Source of the DNA: a virus | Virus record (IMG/VR): IMGVR_UViG_3300008952_000004 | Location: 64,001 to 128,000 of that record | Length of the DNA stretch: 64,000 nucleotides | Reading direction: 5' to 3' (one strand) | In this document: positions 10,744-19,908 of the stretch, in pieces | Position numbering within the stretch: the first letter of the stretch is position 1 | Layout: each line of letters opens with the position of its first letter | The notes under the pieces: model-generated | Told to the model about the DNA's origin: nothing | What the model saw: the letters and a program-made list of their open reading frames with translations, nothing else | Database searches by the model: none | Position numbers and translations under genes: made by a program

Positions 10744-11658
10744 ATGGCATTTCTTGACAACTCCGGCGACATTATTCTTGACGCTGTTTTAACTGATACC
10801 GGAAGGTTTAGACTAGCAAAGGGGGATGGCAGTTTTAAGATTGCTAAATTTGCCCTTGCGGATGACGAAATAAATTACGAACTTTATAATAAAAGCCATT
10901 CCAGCGGAAGTGCCTACTACGATTTAGAGATTCTGCAAACACCATGCCTTGAAGCTTTTACGAACAATACGTCTTCGGTTAAATATAGACTTATGTCGAT
11001 AGCACGAACAAACTTGCTATATTTGCCTGTACTTAAATTGAACGACAAAAAATTTCCAGGCAGAACGGATACTGCCAGCACACACGTTGTGGCAGTTGAC
11101 AAAGAAACTGAAAATATTATGAATGTTCAAGACGCTGGTAGTATGTACGGTGAACGACCGAAAGATTCGCCATGGCAAATTCAGCTCGACCAAGGGTTGG
11201 ACACGAATGAGCTTCCACCGAGTATGAATATCGATGCAGATTTGGTTGAAACACAATACATTGTTCAAATTGATAATCGTTTTGGAAGTATTGTATCCAA
11301 AAACGGACACCCCGCTGCTGTTTCGTTTATCGACGACGACAGCGTTGCAACATATTACTTTTCTTCGAACACTGATGATCAGTTTGTTACAAACAACTCC
11401 AATGATGACGCCGACGCAGAGAGTGAAGTTATTGCGGGACCACGCGGCACAAATTTTGCTTTTAAGATCGCATCTTCGATAGAACTTAACAGCAGTACGT
11501 ACTTGTTTGAAAAACTGGGAAGCACCGCTGCATCAGCCGGGGCAAAGCCCTCTCTTGGTTCGGACATATATTATATTGACAGCATTGTGCGGGTTACTGG
11601 AGCAACTACGGGATATAGTGTTGATATTCCAGTCCGCTTTGTTAAGAAGAAAGCGTAA
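10744..11658 (+). CDS. Hypothetical virion/baseplate protein
   Basis: AGGAG SD, late motif upstream, N-terminal paralogy with 3081..4193. Confidence 0.6.
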   Translation: MAFLDNSGDIILDAVLTDTGRFRLAKGDGSFKIAKFALADDEINYELYNKSHSSGSAYYDLEILQTPCLEAFTNNTSSVKYRLMSIARTNLLYLPVLKLNDKKFPGRTDTASTHVVAVDKETENIMNVQDAGSMYGERPKDSPWQIQLDQGLDTNELPPSMNIDADLVETQYIVQIDNRFGSIVSKNGHPAAVSFIDDDSVATYYFSSNTDDQFVTNNSNDDADAESEVIAGPRGTNFAFKIASSIELNSSTYLFEKLGSTAASAGAKPSLGSDIYYIDSIVRVTGATTGYSVDIPVRFVKKKA

Positions 11659-11677
11659 ACAATAAAAGGAAAAATCT

Positions 11678-12865
11678 ATGGCAACCACATTTAAAACATT
11701 TTTGAGCAACGACATTGCAGCATCTCGCACGATGCTCCATGAAGCAATTCCAATCACTGGGTCGCTGGTTTCGGGGACGTATGGTACCGGACCTGTTGAT
11801 CTTGGCTCTGAACCACATATAAAGAGCTATTCTCACGGAATGTTCCAGTCAGTATATGATTATCCATACCTGAGTTCTTCCGCAAATCACATTTTTGATA
11901 TTACGATCGGGCTATCTCCAAGTGGAAGCCTTTATTCTTCAACCACGAGCCAGAAAAGCAAAAAAGCGAATATTTATAACCAAATGGCGCAAATCCTGAT
12001 GGGTCATGACGCAACTGGTTCTATTCGAGAGTTTGACGAAGATGGAAACATTGTTGCCGGTGGAAATAAACTTCAAGAGGTTTTCTTTCTAAACTTTTCT
12101 CGCCTCCTCACAAAAGACGAAATTAAAAAAGGGTCCTTTGAATTAGAACTTGGCGTAAACAGTGATTACTCCGAGGATACCAAAGTAGCTCAAAAGCGAA
12201 TTAAAATCACTGATGCTAGCGGCTCCGACGGATTTCACGTCAATTCGCCCGCTGGCGAGTACGGCATCTTGTATGCTCAAACTGCTGCTGGTACTACACC
12301 ATTGTTACATAGCGAGGGTGTCAATTTACCGAATGCGAATTCTTCCAGAATTGGCAATGCTAGTTATCATCCCCCTTGTGGTTTAATATTCTATCAGGCA
12401 GGCATCATTGTTGTGTCTGGTTCAGTTTTTAATGACGCAACGGGCTCTGCTACCGCATTGGGCACAGGCATCTTGCACACAAACAACGTTGACTCTATGG
12501 AGATGCTGAACGGGAAAGGTTATACAGGATTCGGGTTTGTGACCGGATCTGCTATCGGTGTTTGTGCTGACCGAATTAGAAATCGAATTTATAATATTCA
12601 ATTCAACAACACAACAGAATTGAATTCTTCAATTTATTTCTGTCGTGTTAATCACAATGATTTCAATTATAGTTCAAACCCAACTTATTTGTCTGGTAGT
12701 AAAATTCGAATGAAAAATGCGACAACAGACAATCCAGCTACATATATCACTACGGTTGGTTTATATTCAGCAGATAATGAGTTGTTGGCAGTAGCAAAGC
12801 TCAGTGAGCCTTTGAAGAAGGACCCGTCAACTGAAATGACTTTGCGAGTACGTTTAGACTACTAA
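11678..12865 (+). CDS. Putative baseplate/tail-fibre attachment protein
   Basis: C-terminal YITTVGLYSADNELLAVAKLSEPLKK resembles tail-collar/fibre-attachment motifs; paralogous to next ORF. Confidence 0.5.
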   Translation: MATTFKTFLSNDIAASRTMLHEAIPITGSLVSGTYGTGPVDLGSEPHIKSYSHGMFQSVYDYPYLSSSANHIFDITIGLSPSGSLYSSTTSQKSKKANIYNQMAQILMGHDATGSIREFDEDGNIVAGGNKLQEVFFLNFSRLLTKDEIKKGSFELELGVNSDYSEDTKVAQKRIKITDASGSDGFHVNSPAGEYGILYAQTAAGTTPLLHSEGVNLPNANSSRIGNASYHPPCGLIFYQAGIIVVSGSVFNDATGSATALGTGILHTNNVDSMEMLNGKGYTGFGFVTGSAIGVCADRIRNRIYNIQFNNTTELNSSIYFCRVNHNDFNYSSNPTYLSGSKIRMKNATTDNPATYITTVGLYSADNELLAVAKLSEPLKKDPSTEMTLRVRLDY

Positions 12866-12877
12866 ATCGATATAAAG

Positions 12878-12886
12878 ACTAATTAA
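12878..12886 (+). promoter_or_regulatory. Putative late promoter motif variant ACTAATTAA
   Basis: Intergenic, 16 nt before ATG 12894. Confidence 0.45.
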
Positions 12887-12893
12887 TAATGTT

Positions 12894-14144
12894 ATGCCAC
12901 TGTACCCATTTGAACCAAACGATGTTTTTTATAATCGTGTAGAAACTCGCCCAAAGGTGGAGTTCTTTATATACGATACAAAAGTATATTATAATAACAA
13001 TGGAAATGATATAGGACAGCACAGTGATCAGGCGACACATGTACCGTCTGGGCACATATCTCTATACGAAATGAATGTTGATAGAGACACAGATGCTGAT
13101 AATCAACTAATACACCCATTTATCACAAAAGAGAGTGGGATTACTGCTTTTAAGACTGTTAGTACTTCTAATTTTAATTCTGGGTTTCTTTATGGAGAGG
13201 AAATAGAAGGTAGCTATCCGTTGTCGGCTTCACTGGCTTTTTATCTTTATCGAAGCGAGATAGCTCCGGATATCTCCGGCGGCAAAGTAAATCGCCCCCA
13301 TCTACTGGCTTTGAAAAATACGCTCAATCATTACAAATTTCTAAGTAATCATCATGCATATTCTAGTAGTCTAGGAGACAAGGGCACCGACGATGTTCGT
13401 CTGATAAGCATCCCGTCTATTTTTTATGGCTCTAGCATAGAGAAAGGGAGCGTGAGTTTAAGGTTCTATGTCACCGGTACACTTGTTGGAGAACTTCAAG
13501 ACATTCACAAAAATGGTGAACTAATACAGGTCAGCGGCGCCGCCAACGATCTAGGTGCTGATTTCGGTTCCGGATCAGTAGCCGGAGTTGTCTTGTACAA
13601 TGAGGGGTTTGTTGTCTTGACCGGTAGTTGGTCTTTAGACCCTGTTCACACAGGATACTATACTGCTTCGGCTAATGGAATACCTCAGTGGCTAGGATTT
13701 GGTCAATCTGTCGGAAGGGATCAGTCAGATTCGAATTTGAGTTTGCCGAATTCTTCTTGGGGGGTAACCTTTAGAGGTATAAATTATGTTCCAACACTGA
13801 CGATGATGGCAAATGCTCCGAAGGGCATGTATAACCATTCAAACAATCCAACATATAAAGACTTCGGTCAAGTTGAAAAACTACCAGCTTCAGGATCAAA
13901 GATGTTTAAAGAATTTACTGAATTTAAAATAAAAAATACTGTAAGTTCTAGTTGGGATGTGCTAACATCAAGTAATATACCGAGCTATTCTACGAATTCT
14001 GCTTCTTTTGAGAAGCATACATATATTTCAAAGATTGGTATATACGATGAGCAGAAAAATCTTATTGCAATTGCAAAGCTGGCAAAACCGATAAAGAAGG
14101 CAGAACAAGATGCTTACACTTTTAAACTTAAACTAGATTTTTAA
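12894..14144 (+). CDS. Putative baseplate/tail-fibre attachment protein, paralogue of 11678..12865
   Basis: Shared NPTY, KGS(V/F)xL, (V/I)(L/F)Yx(E/A)G and C-terminal YISKIGIYDEQKNLIAIAKLAKPIKK motifs. Confidence 0.5.
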   Translation: MPLYPFEPNDVFYNRVETRPKVEFFIYDTKVYYNNNGNDIGQHSDQATHVPSGHISLYEMNVDRDTDADNQLIHPFITKESGITAFKTVSTSNFNSGFLYGEEIEGSYPLSASLAFYLYRSEIAPDISGGKVNRPHLLALKNTLNHYKFLSNHHAYSSSLGDKGTDDVRLISIPSIFYGSSIEKGSVSLRFYVTGTLVGELQDIHKNGELIQVSGAANDLGADFGSGSVAGVVLYNEGFVVLTGSWSLDPVHTGYYTASANGIPQWLGFGQSVGRDQSDSNLSLPNSSWGVTFRGINYVPTLTMMANAPKGMYNHSNNPTYKDFGQVEKLPASGSKMFKEFTEFKIKNTVSSSWDVLTSSNIPSYSTNSASFEKHTYISKIGIYDEQKNLIAIAKLAKPIKKAEQDAYTFKLKLDF

Positions 14145-14147
14145 AAA

Positions 14148-14678
14148 ATGATTTTAGGAATGGATATTTCCACGAGCATTACAGGTATAACCGTGCTAAA
14201 TAATAATGGCGAGGTGGTGGTGTGCGATGTTTGGGATCTTCGTAAAAATAAAAACTTTTTTCAAAAGGTGGAGAACGCGAAGAGCCATCTTGAAAGAATT
14301 AAAAAGAATCAGAAAATTGAAAGGATCTTTATTGAACAGAGCCTCCAGTCGTTCAGAACCGGTTTCTCGTCGGCGCAAACGCTCTCGACGCTAGCACGAT
14401 TTAATGGAACCCTTAGTTGGTTATGTTATGAATTGTTTGATATTGAGCCTGAATTTATTAACGCGGCAACGGCTCGCAAATTATATGGTGTTAAAGTCCC
14501 ACGCGGTCAAAAAGCAAAAGAAGTTGTTTTAAAAAAAGTTCTTGACACGGAAGAGGGTTTTGTAGTAGACTATACAAGATACGGGAACCCCAAACCGGGT
14601 ACCTATGACAGAGCAGACAGCTTGGTTATTGCGAAAGCCGGATATAGAATTTGCACAGAGAAAAATATAAAATCTTAG
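14148..14678 (+). CDS. RuvC-like Holliday junction resolvase
   Basis: ILGMDISTSITG (catalytic D), FIEQ (E), DRADS (D-x-x-D): RNase H-fold resolvase pattern. Confidence 0.75.
   Translation: MILGMDISTSITGITVLNNNGEVVVCDVWDLRKNKNFFQKVENAKSHLERIKKNQKIERIFIEQSLQSFRTGFSSAQTLSTLARFNGTLSWLCYELFDIEPEFINAATARKLYGVKVPRGQKAKEVVLKKVLDTEEGFVVDYTRYGNPKPGTYDRADSLVIAKAGYRICTEKNIKS
14542..14571 (+). promoter_or_regulatory. Putative sigma70-type promoter inside the resolvase gene
   Basis: A-tract, then TTGACA-N18-TAGACT, about 80 nt before the primase start. Confidence 0.5.
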
Positions 14679-15601
14679 CAAGAGCACTGGGTACCTCATA
14701 TAAGTCTGGCGATGAGCGTCTGTACTTGTGCCCCAAGTGTAAACATCATAAAAAGAAATTATCAGTTAATATAGAATTAGATAAATTTAAATGCTGGATA
14801 TGTGAATACGCTGGACACTCTTTGAAGAAACTCATAAGAGACTTCGGCAGTCACGACTGCAACCAAAAGTGGGATTTAATTGACAGCGAGAATATTGACC
14901 TTTCAGCGTTTAAAAACATTTTTAAAGATGAGGCACAGGAATCGCCACAGCACAGAGTAGAACTCCCTCAAGAGTTTCAGACTTTGACTGGCAAGACATC
15001 GCTTCTGTCATCACCCGCAAAGAAATATCTTCAAAATCGCGGCATTTCTAAAAGGGACATCATCAGGTGGAAGGTCGGGTTTTGTCCTACAGGCGAATAT
15101 AAGGGGCGTATAATAATACCGTCTTTTTCTTTGGAAGGGGACCTTAACTATTTTGTCGCAAGGAGTTATAATGGTAATTGGAAGAAGTACATGAATCCTC
15201 CTGCGTCTAGAGATATTATATTTAATGACTTGATGATAAATTGGGATTCTGATATTGTTTTAGTTGAGGGAGTCTTTGACGCCTTGGTAGCAGGAACAAA
15301 TTCGATCCCCTTGTTGGGATCCCAGATTAAAGAAGGTTCAGTATTGTTTCAAAAGATTATTGATAAAAAACCAAAAGTTTATCTGGCTTTAGATCCAGAT
15401 ATTGAAAAAAAATCAGCAAAAATAATCAAAAAAATGTTGACATATGGCGTCGAACTTGCTAAAGTAGAGATTAAACCATATTCAGACGTCGGAGAGATGT
15501 CAAGGGAAGAGTTTCAGCGTCGGAAGTCCTCCGCAGTATCTCTTTCTACCTCATTTGTGGATTATTTTTCTTATTTGTTAGGACACACGGTTAAAATATG
15601 A
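14651..15601 (+). CDS. dnaG: DNA primase (Zn finger + TOPRIM)
   Basis: CPKC...CWIC zinc site, GRIIIP, VLVEGVFDA, LALDPD; TTG start. Confidence 0.85.
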   Translation: MHREKYKILARALGTSYKSGDERLYLCPKCKHHKKKLSVNIELDKFKCWICEYAGHSLKKLIRDFGSHDCNQKWDLIDSENIDLSAFKNIFKDEAQESPQHRVELPQEFQTLTGKTSLLSSPAKKYLQNRGISKRDIIRWKVGFCPTGEYKGRIIIPSFSLEGDLNYFVARSYNGNWKKYMNPPASRDIIFNDLMINWDSDIVLVEGVFDALVAGTNSIPLLGSQIKEGSVLFQKIIDKKPKVYLALDPDIEKKSAKIIKKMLTYGVELAKVEIKPYSDVGEMSREEFQRRKSSAVSLSTSFVDYFSYLLGHTVKI

Positions 15602-18600
15602 AGTTTGCACACATAGCTGATACACATATCAGAAATTTGAAATATCATTACGAGTATAGGGCAGTGTTTGAGAAACTCTACGAACACCTCCGCGCCGAAA
15701 AGGTAGACTATATTATTCATTGTGGCGACATTGCACACACTAAGACGCAGATTTCTCCGGAATTTGTCGAGATGTGTGCCAAATTCCTTGGGAACCTGGC
15801 TGATATCGCCCCAACCTATGTAATTTTGGGTAATCACGACGGAAATCTGAAGAATTCCAGCCGTCAGGACGCACTTTCACCGATTGCAGAGGCTTTGGAC
15901 CATAAAAACCTCCATTTGTTGAAGAATTCGGGCGAAACTGAGCTAAAAGACGGGTTTACTCTCAATGTTTTGTCTGTTTTTGACACAGACAACTGGGTAA
16001 AGCCCACTCCCGGTGGAGATCGGGTCAATATTGCTCTATACCATGGCTCAGTAAGCGGTTGCCAGACGGATACGGGCTGGACAATGGATTATGGCGAGAA
16101 TGACATCAGTATCTTCGACAATCACGACTATGCTTTCTTGGGAGACATCCATAAAACAGACCAGTCATTGGACAAGGAAGGTCGCATTCGGTATCCGGGC
16201 TCCACGGTCCAACAAAACCACGGAGAAACCAACGACAAGGGGTTTTTAATTTGGGATATTAAAAATCGCGATGATTATATTTGCAAACACATTGTTTTGG
16301 AGAACCCCAAGCCGTTTGTTACGATTGAAATGACCCCAAAAGGTCGCGTACCCAAAGGGACAGAGGTACCAGAAGGTGCGCGCATTAGATTGGTGTCCAA
16401 CAACAACCTTCCTCTTGATAGGATGCGCCGAGCAGTCGATGTAGTTAAAACGAGATTTAAACCGGAATCAATTACTTTTTTAAATCGTGCCGCTGGCGAG
16501 CGAGGTTCCGTTGAGGACCTTACAGACGGACTACAGCAGGAGGACTTGCGAGATATTGCAGTGCAAGAAGAACTTATCGCTGAATACCTGAAGGACTATC
16601 AAGTAGAGGATGAAACGCTGCAACGGGTGTTTGCAATGAACGAGAAATATAATTCTAAGGCAGAAGAAAATGAAGAAGTAGCTCGCAATGTGAATTGGAA
16701 ACTAACCTCTTTGGAATGGGACAATCTTTTTAACTATGGAGAGGGCAACCGAATTGATTTTACAAATTTAAGTGGCATTGTTGGGATATTTGGTAAGAAC
16801 TTCTCTGGGAAATCAAGTATCATTGATAGTTTTTTATATACCTTATTTAATTCAACTTCGAAGAACGTTAGAAAGAATTTAAACATTATCAACCAAACAA
16901 AAGAGTTTGGTAGTGGTAAGGTTACGATTGAAATTGGCAATAAAGAATATGTTGTTGAGAGAGACTCCGAAAAATATACCAAAAGACTTAAAGGGGAAGA
17001 AACAACAGAAGCAAAGACAAATACCAATTTTATAAGTAAGGATCATGTTCTACAAGAAGAGGTTAGTTTAAATGGATTGACAAGGGCAGATACCGACAAG
17101 GCTATTCGCAGGGTCTTTGGTGGTTTAGATGATTTTCTTTTAACCGCAATGTCTTCTCAGTTGGGTTCTTTGGCATTTATTAGTGAAGGTTCGACAAGAC
17201 GTAAGGAGATTCTTGCAAAGTTTCTCGACTTGGAAATATTTGATAAAAAATATAAATTGGCACACAATGACGCTGCTGATTTGAGAGGGGCACTGAAGCG
17301 CCTGGAGGAAAGAAACTTTGATGAGGAACTAGTCGAGGCTCGCCAACTATTATTTGAAAACGAAGCCAAGAGCCTGGGTCACAAGAACGCTTGCAAGAAT
17401 ATTAAGAGGAAGATAACCAAAGCACAGAAGCTTGTAACCAACCTTCAAGAGTCGATTGACGCGGTACCAGGGGAGCCAATAAATATCAAGAATGTGGAAA
17501 GGCTCCGAGAGGAGTTGATTAACTCTTTAAAAAAATACGAACAAAAAAATACAACAAATCAAAAAAATATTGAAAAAAATAATATTTTTATTGAAAAGGC
17601 AAAGAGTTTTCTTAGGGATTTCGATATAGAAAAATTAGAAGAAAAACAGCAAATTGAAAAATCCAAGAAGCAGGAACTGGATCAAATAAACAAGTCCTTG
17701 ACAGAAGAGTCTAGAACCCACGAACTGTATTGTAATCGTGCTAAAACCCTTGAAGGGGTTCCTTGTGGGAATCAGTTTGTTACTACTTGCAAGTTTATAA
17801 AAGATGCCTATAGTGCATCAAAACTGATTGATTCTGTCGCAGATAACATTGCTGAACTAGAGGGTAATACCAAGAAGATAGAACAAGAGGTCGTCGAACT
17901 TGACATGGATTCAGTTCGAACTTATATAAAAAAACATAAGGAGTTGCTTGACAAGAAAACCAAAGTAGAGAATGATAATGTCAAGCTTCGACTTGGCATA
18001 GAAAGAAGTAACAACCAAATCTTACAGGATACCAGTAGTTTAGAGAATTGTCAAGAAAAAATAGATTATTATTATGAAAACAAGACAGCAATTGAAAACT
18101 ATAATGTTCTTTTGAATCAAAAGGAAGATGCACTTATAAGTATTCGAGAATTGGAATGTTCGCTAGAAGAATGTGAAAATGAAGTGCTTGAACTTTATAA
18201 GATTCATGGTTCATACGAACAAAATATAATTAACCTTGAACAGTTGAAAGAAGAGCTTCAGCAACATAGGCAGTCCTATGAGGCATATGATCTATATTTG
18301 AAGTGTATGAATAGCAATGGAATCGCTTATGACATTATTAAAAAAAGGCTGCCTGTTATTAATAATGAGATCGCTAAAGTTCTAACCAATATAGTTAACT
18401 TTGACGTTTTCTTGGAAAATGATGGAAGAAAGCTGGACATATATATAAAGCACCCAAGATTTGAGCCAAGACCGCTGGAGTTGGGATCCGGCGCCGAGAA
18501 AACTATTTCGGCTATGGCTATCCGCCTAGCCTTACTCAGTGTATCGTCTTTGCCAAAGGGGAATGTCTTTATTCTTGATGAGCCGGGTACGGCATTGGAT

Positions 18601-18756
18601 GAAGACAATATGGAAGGGTTTGTTCGTATTTTAGATATGGTCAAAGATTATTATAAGACTGTGTTACTTATTAGTCATTTGGACAGTCTTAAAGATTGTG
18701 TCGACACTCAAATAGTTATCGATAAAAAAGATGGATTTGCTTTTATTAACCAGTGA
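15598..18756 (+). CDS. Mre11/SbcD nuclease fused to Rad50/SbcC ATPase (gp47-gp46-like)
   Basis: ADTH, GD, GNHD, HG and GDIH phosphoesterase motifs; Walker A GKNFSGKSS, long coiled coil, signature LGSGAE, Walker B ILDEP, H-loop LISH, all in one ORF. Confidence 0.9.
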   Translation: MKFAHIADTHIRNLKYHYEYRAVFEKLYEHLRAEKVDYIIHCGDIAHTKTQISPEFVEMCAKFLGNLADIAPTYVILGNHDGNLKNSSRQDALSPIAEALDHKNLHLLKNSGETELKDGFTLNVLSVFDTDNWVKPTPGGDRVNIALYHGSVSGCQTDTGWTMDYGENDISIFDNHDYAFLGDIHKTDQSLDKEGRIRYPGSTVQQNHGETNDKGFLIWDIKNRDDYICKHIVLENPKPFVTIEMTPKGRVPKGTEVPEGARIRLVSNNNLPLDRMRRAVDVVKTRFKPESITFLNRAAGERGSVEDLTDGLQQEDLRDIAVQEELIAEYLKDYQVEDETLQRVFAMNEKYNSKAEENEEVARNVNWKLTSLEWDNLFNYGEGNRIDFTNLSGIVGIFGKNFSGKSSIIDSFLYTLFNSTSKNVRKNLNIINQTKEFGSGKVTIEIGNKEYVVERDSEKYTKRLKGEETTEAKTNTNFISKDHVLQEEVSLNGLTRADTDKAIRRVFGGLDDFLLTAMSSQLGSLAFISEGSTRRKEILAKFLDLEIFDKKYKLAHNDAADLRGALKRLEERNFDEELVEARQLLFENEAKSLGHKNACKNIKRKITKAQKLVTNLQESIDAVPGEPINIKNVERLREELINSLKKYEQKNTTNQKNIEKNNIFIEKAKSFLRDFDIEKLEEKQQIEKSKKQELDQINKSLTEESRTHELYCNRAKTLEGVPCGNQFVTTCKFIKDAYSASKLIDSVADNIAELEGNTKKIEQEVVELDMDSVRTYIKKHKELLDKKTKVENDNVKLRLGIERSNNQILQDTSSLENCQEKIDYYYENKTAIENYNVLLNQKEDALISIRELECSLEECENEVLELYKIHGSYEQNIINLEQLKEELQQHRQSYEAYDLYLKCMNSNGIAYDIIKKRLPVINNEIAKVLTNIVNFDVFLENDGRKLDIYIKHPRFEPRPLELGSGAEKTISAMAIRLALLSVSSLPKGNVFILDEPGTALDEDNMEGFVRILDMVKDYYKTVLLISHLDSLKDCVDTQIVIDKKDGFAFINQ

Positions 18757-18759
18757 ACA

Positions 18760-18768
18760 ACTATTTAT
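18760..18768 (+). promoter_or_regulatory. Putative late promoter motif ACTATTTAT
   Basis: Intergenic, 45 nt before ATG 18805. Confidence 0.6.
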
Positions 18769-18804
18769 AAGTGTTAATTGAATGTTTTTTTATAGGAGAA
18801 AATT

Positions 18805-18990
18805 ATGAGAGAATTAGCTGATAAATTACTTGATAAGTTGATTTCGAGAAAACTAATGGTCTGGATGACTGCCACGGGGCTCCTGGCTTATTCCGATTTA
18901 TCCTCAAGCGATTGGGTCGCAATTTCGCTGGTGTATATCGGCTCTGAGGGTCTTGCTGATATAGCTTCCCGCTGGAAACACGGAAGATAA
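18805..18990 (+). CDS. Small membrane protein, holin-like
   Basis: 61 aa, two hydrophobic segments (LMVWMTATGLLAY; WVAISLVYIG), basic C-terminus, AGGAG SD. Confidence 0.5.
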   Translation: MRELADKLLDKLISRKLMVWMTATGLLAYSDLSSSDWVAISLVYIGSEGLADIASRWKHGR

Positions 18991-19004
18991 TATTGGGATG
19001 GGTT

Positions 19005-19433
19005 ATGACAAATATGTCGTGGAGTGCTACAAAAGTATTTCTAAAGAAGTCTTGGGTCTGGATTAAAACTCACTGGTACGTGCCGCTTGTTTTAATTTAT
19101 ACTGTTATACTGTGGTTTATGTTTCGTCGAAATGATGCCGCAACCAGAAAGGTATTGGAAGCTTCTAGAGAAAGTTATGAATCGCAAATAAAAAGTATTA
19201 ATGAGACACATGCCAAGGAGATTGCTGGAAGGGATAGGGCACTCCAAAATTATGAGGCGATCGTTAGTGCCCTAGAAGAAGAATATGCACTGAAGAGAGA
19301 AGAGTTAGACGAAGCAAAAAAAGAAAAAATAAAAGAATATGTGGAAAAATATGAAGAAGACCCCGAAGAGTTGGCGCGTATTATTGAAGAGCGATTCGGG
19401 ATAAGGTATAAACCAAATGAAGAAAACGAATAA
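19005..19433 (+). CDS. N-terminal TM + coiled-coil protein, i-spanin-like
   Basis: TM WYVPLVLIYTVILWFMF followed by a charged coiled coil; overlaps next gene. Start uncertain (18993, 19005 or 19014). Confidence 0.45.
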   Translation: MTNMSWSATKVFLKKSWVWIKTHWYVPLVLIYTVILWFMFRRNDAATRKVLEASRESYESQIKSINETHAKEIAGRDRALQNYEAIVSALEEEYALKREELDEAKKEKIKEYVEKYEEDPEELARIIEERFGIRYKPNEENE

Positions 19434-19908
19434 ACTTGTATCTTTAATATTGTGCTTTTTGTTGGCTTTTCCAGCGAGCGTATATGCCGAACCTGAACAA
19501 CCCCCAGAATCGTCGACTGAATTGAGTTTGGGTACTTTTACCCTCTTGAAAAAGCAAGATAAAGCCCCCTTTACTGGCTTTTTAATTGATCAAACCGGGA
19601 TGGCAAAACTGCTCGCTGAAACAGAGTTCAAAATTCAACAGCTAGTATTGGAACACAAATTTTCACTCCAGAGTAGCGAAGCTCTTTGGAAGTTAAAGCT
19701 AGAAAACAGTCAGACATCGTTAACATCACTGCAAGAAAAGCATAGTTCTTTACTAGCTATTAAAGATAACGAGATTAAAAGGTTGTCAGACATAGCAATG
19801 GAGAGTCCGAACGATTATAATGCGTGGTGGTTTGTCGGCGGTATTGTGTTAGGTGTGGGACTTACCATTGGTGTAGTATACGGAGTGGCAGAAACGCTAG
19901 AAAACTAA
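19417..19908 (+). CDS. Signal peptide + coiled coil + C-terminal TM protein (spanin-like partner?)
   Basis: MKKTNKLVSLILCFLLAFPASVYA signal; C-terminal AWWFVGGIVLGVGLTIGVVYGVA. Confidence 0.45.
   Translation: MKKTNKLVSLILCFLLAFPASVYAEPEQPPESSTELSLGTFTLLKKQDKAPFTGFLIDQTGMAKLLAETEFKIQQLVLEHKFSLQSSEALWKLKLENSQTSLTSLQEKHSSLLAIKDNEIKRLSDIAMESPNDYNAWWFVGGIVLGVGLTIGVVYGVAETLEN

Noticed and set aside
17948-17980. TTGACA inside the Mre11-Rad50 gene as a promoter
   Set aside because: No acceptable -10 at 16-18 nt spacing.
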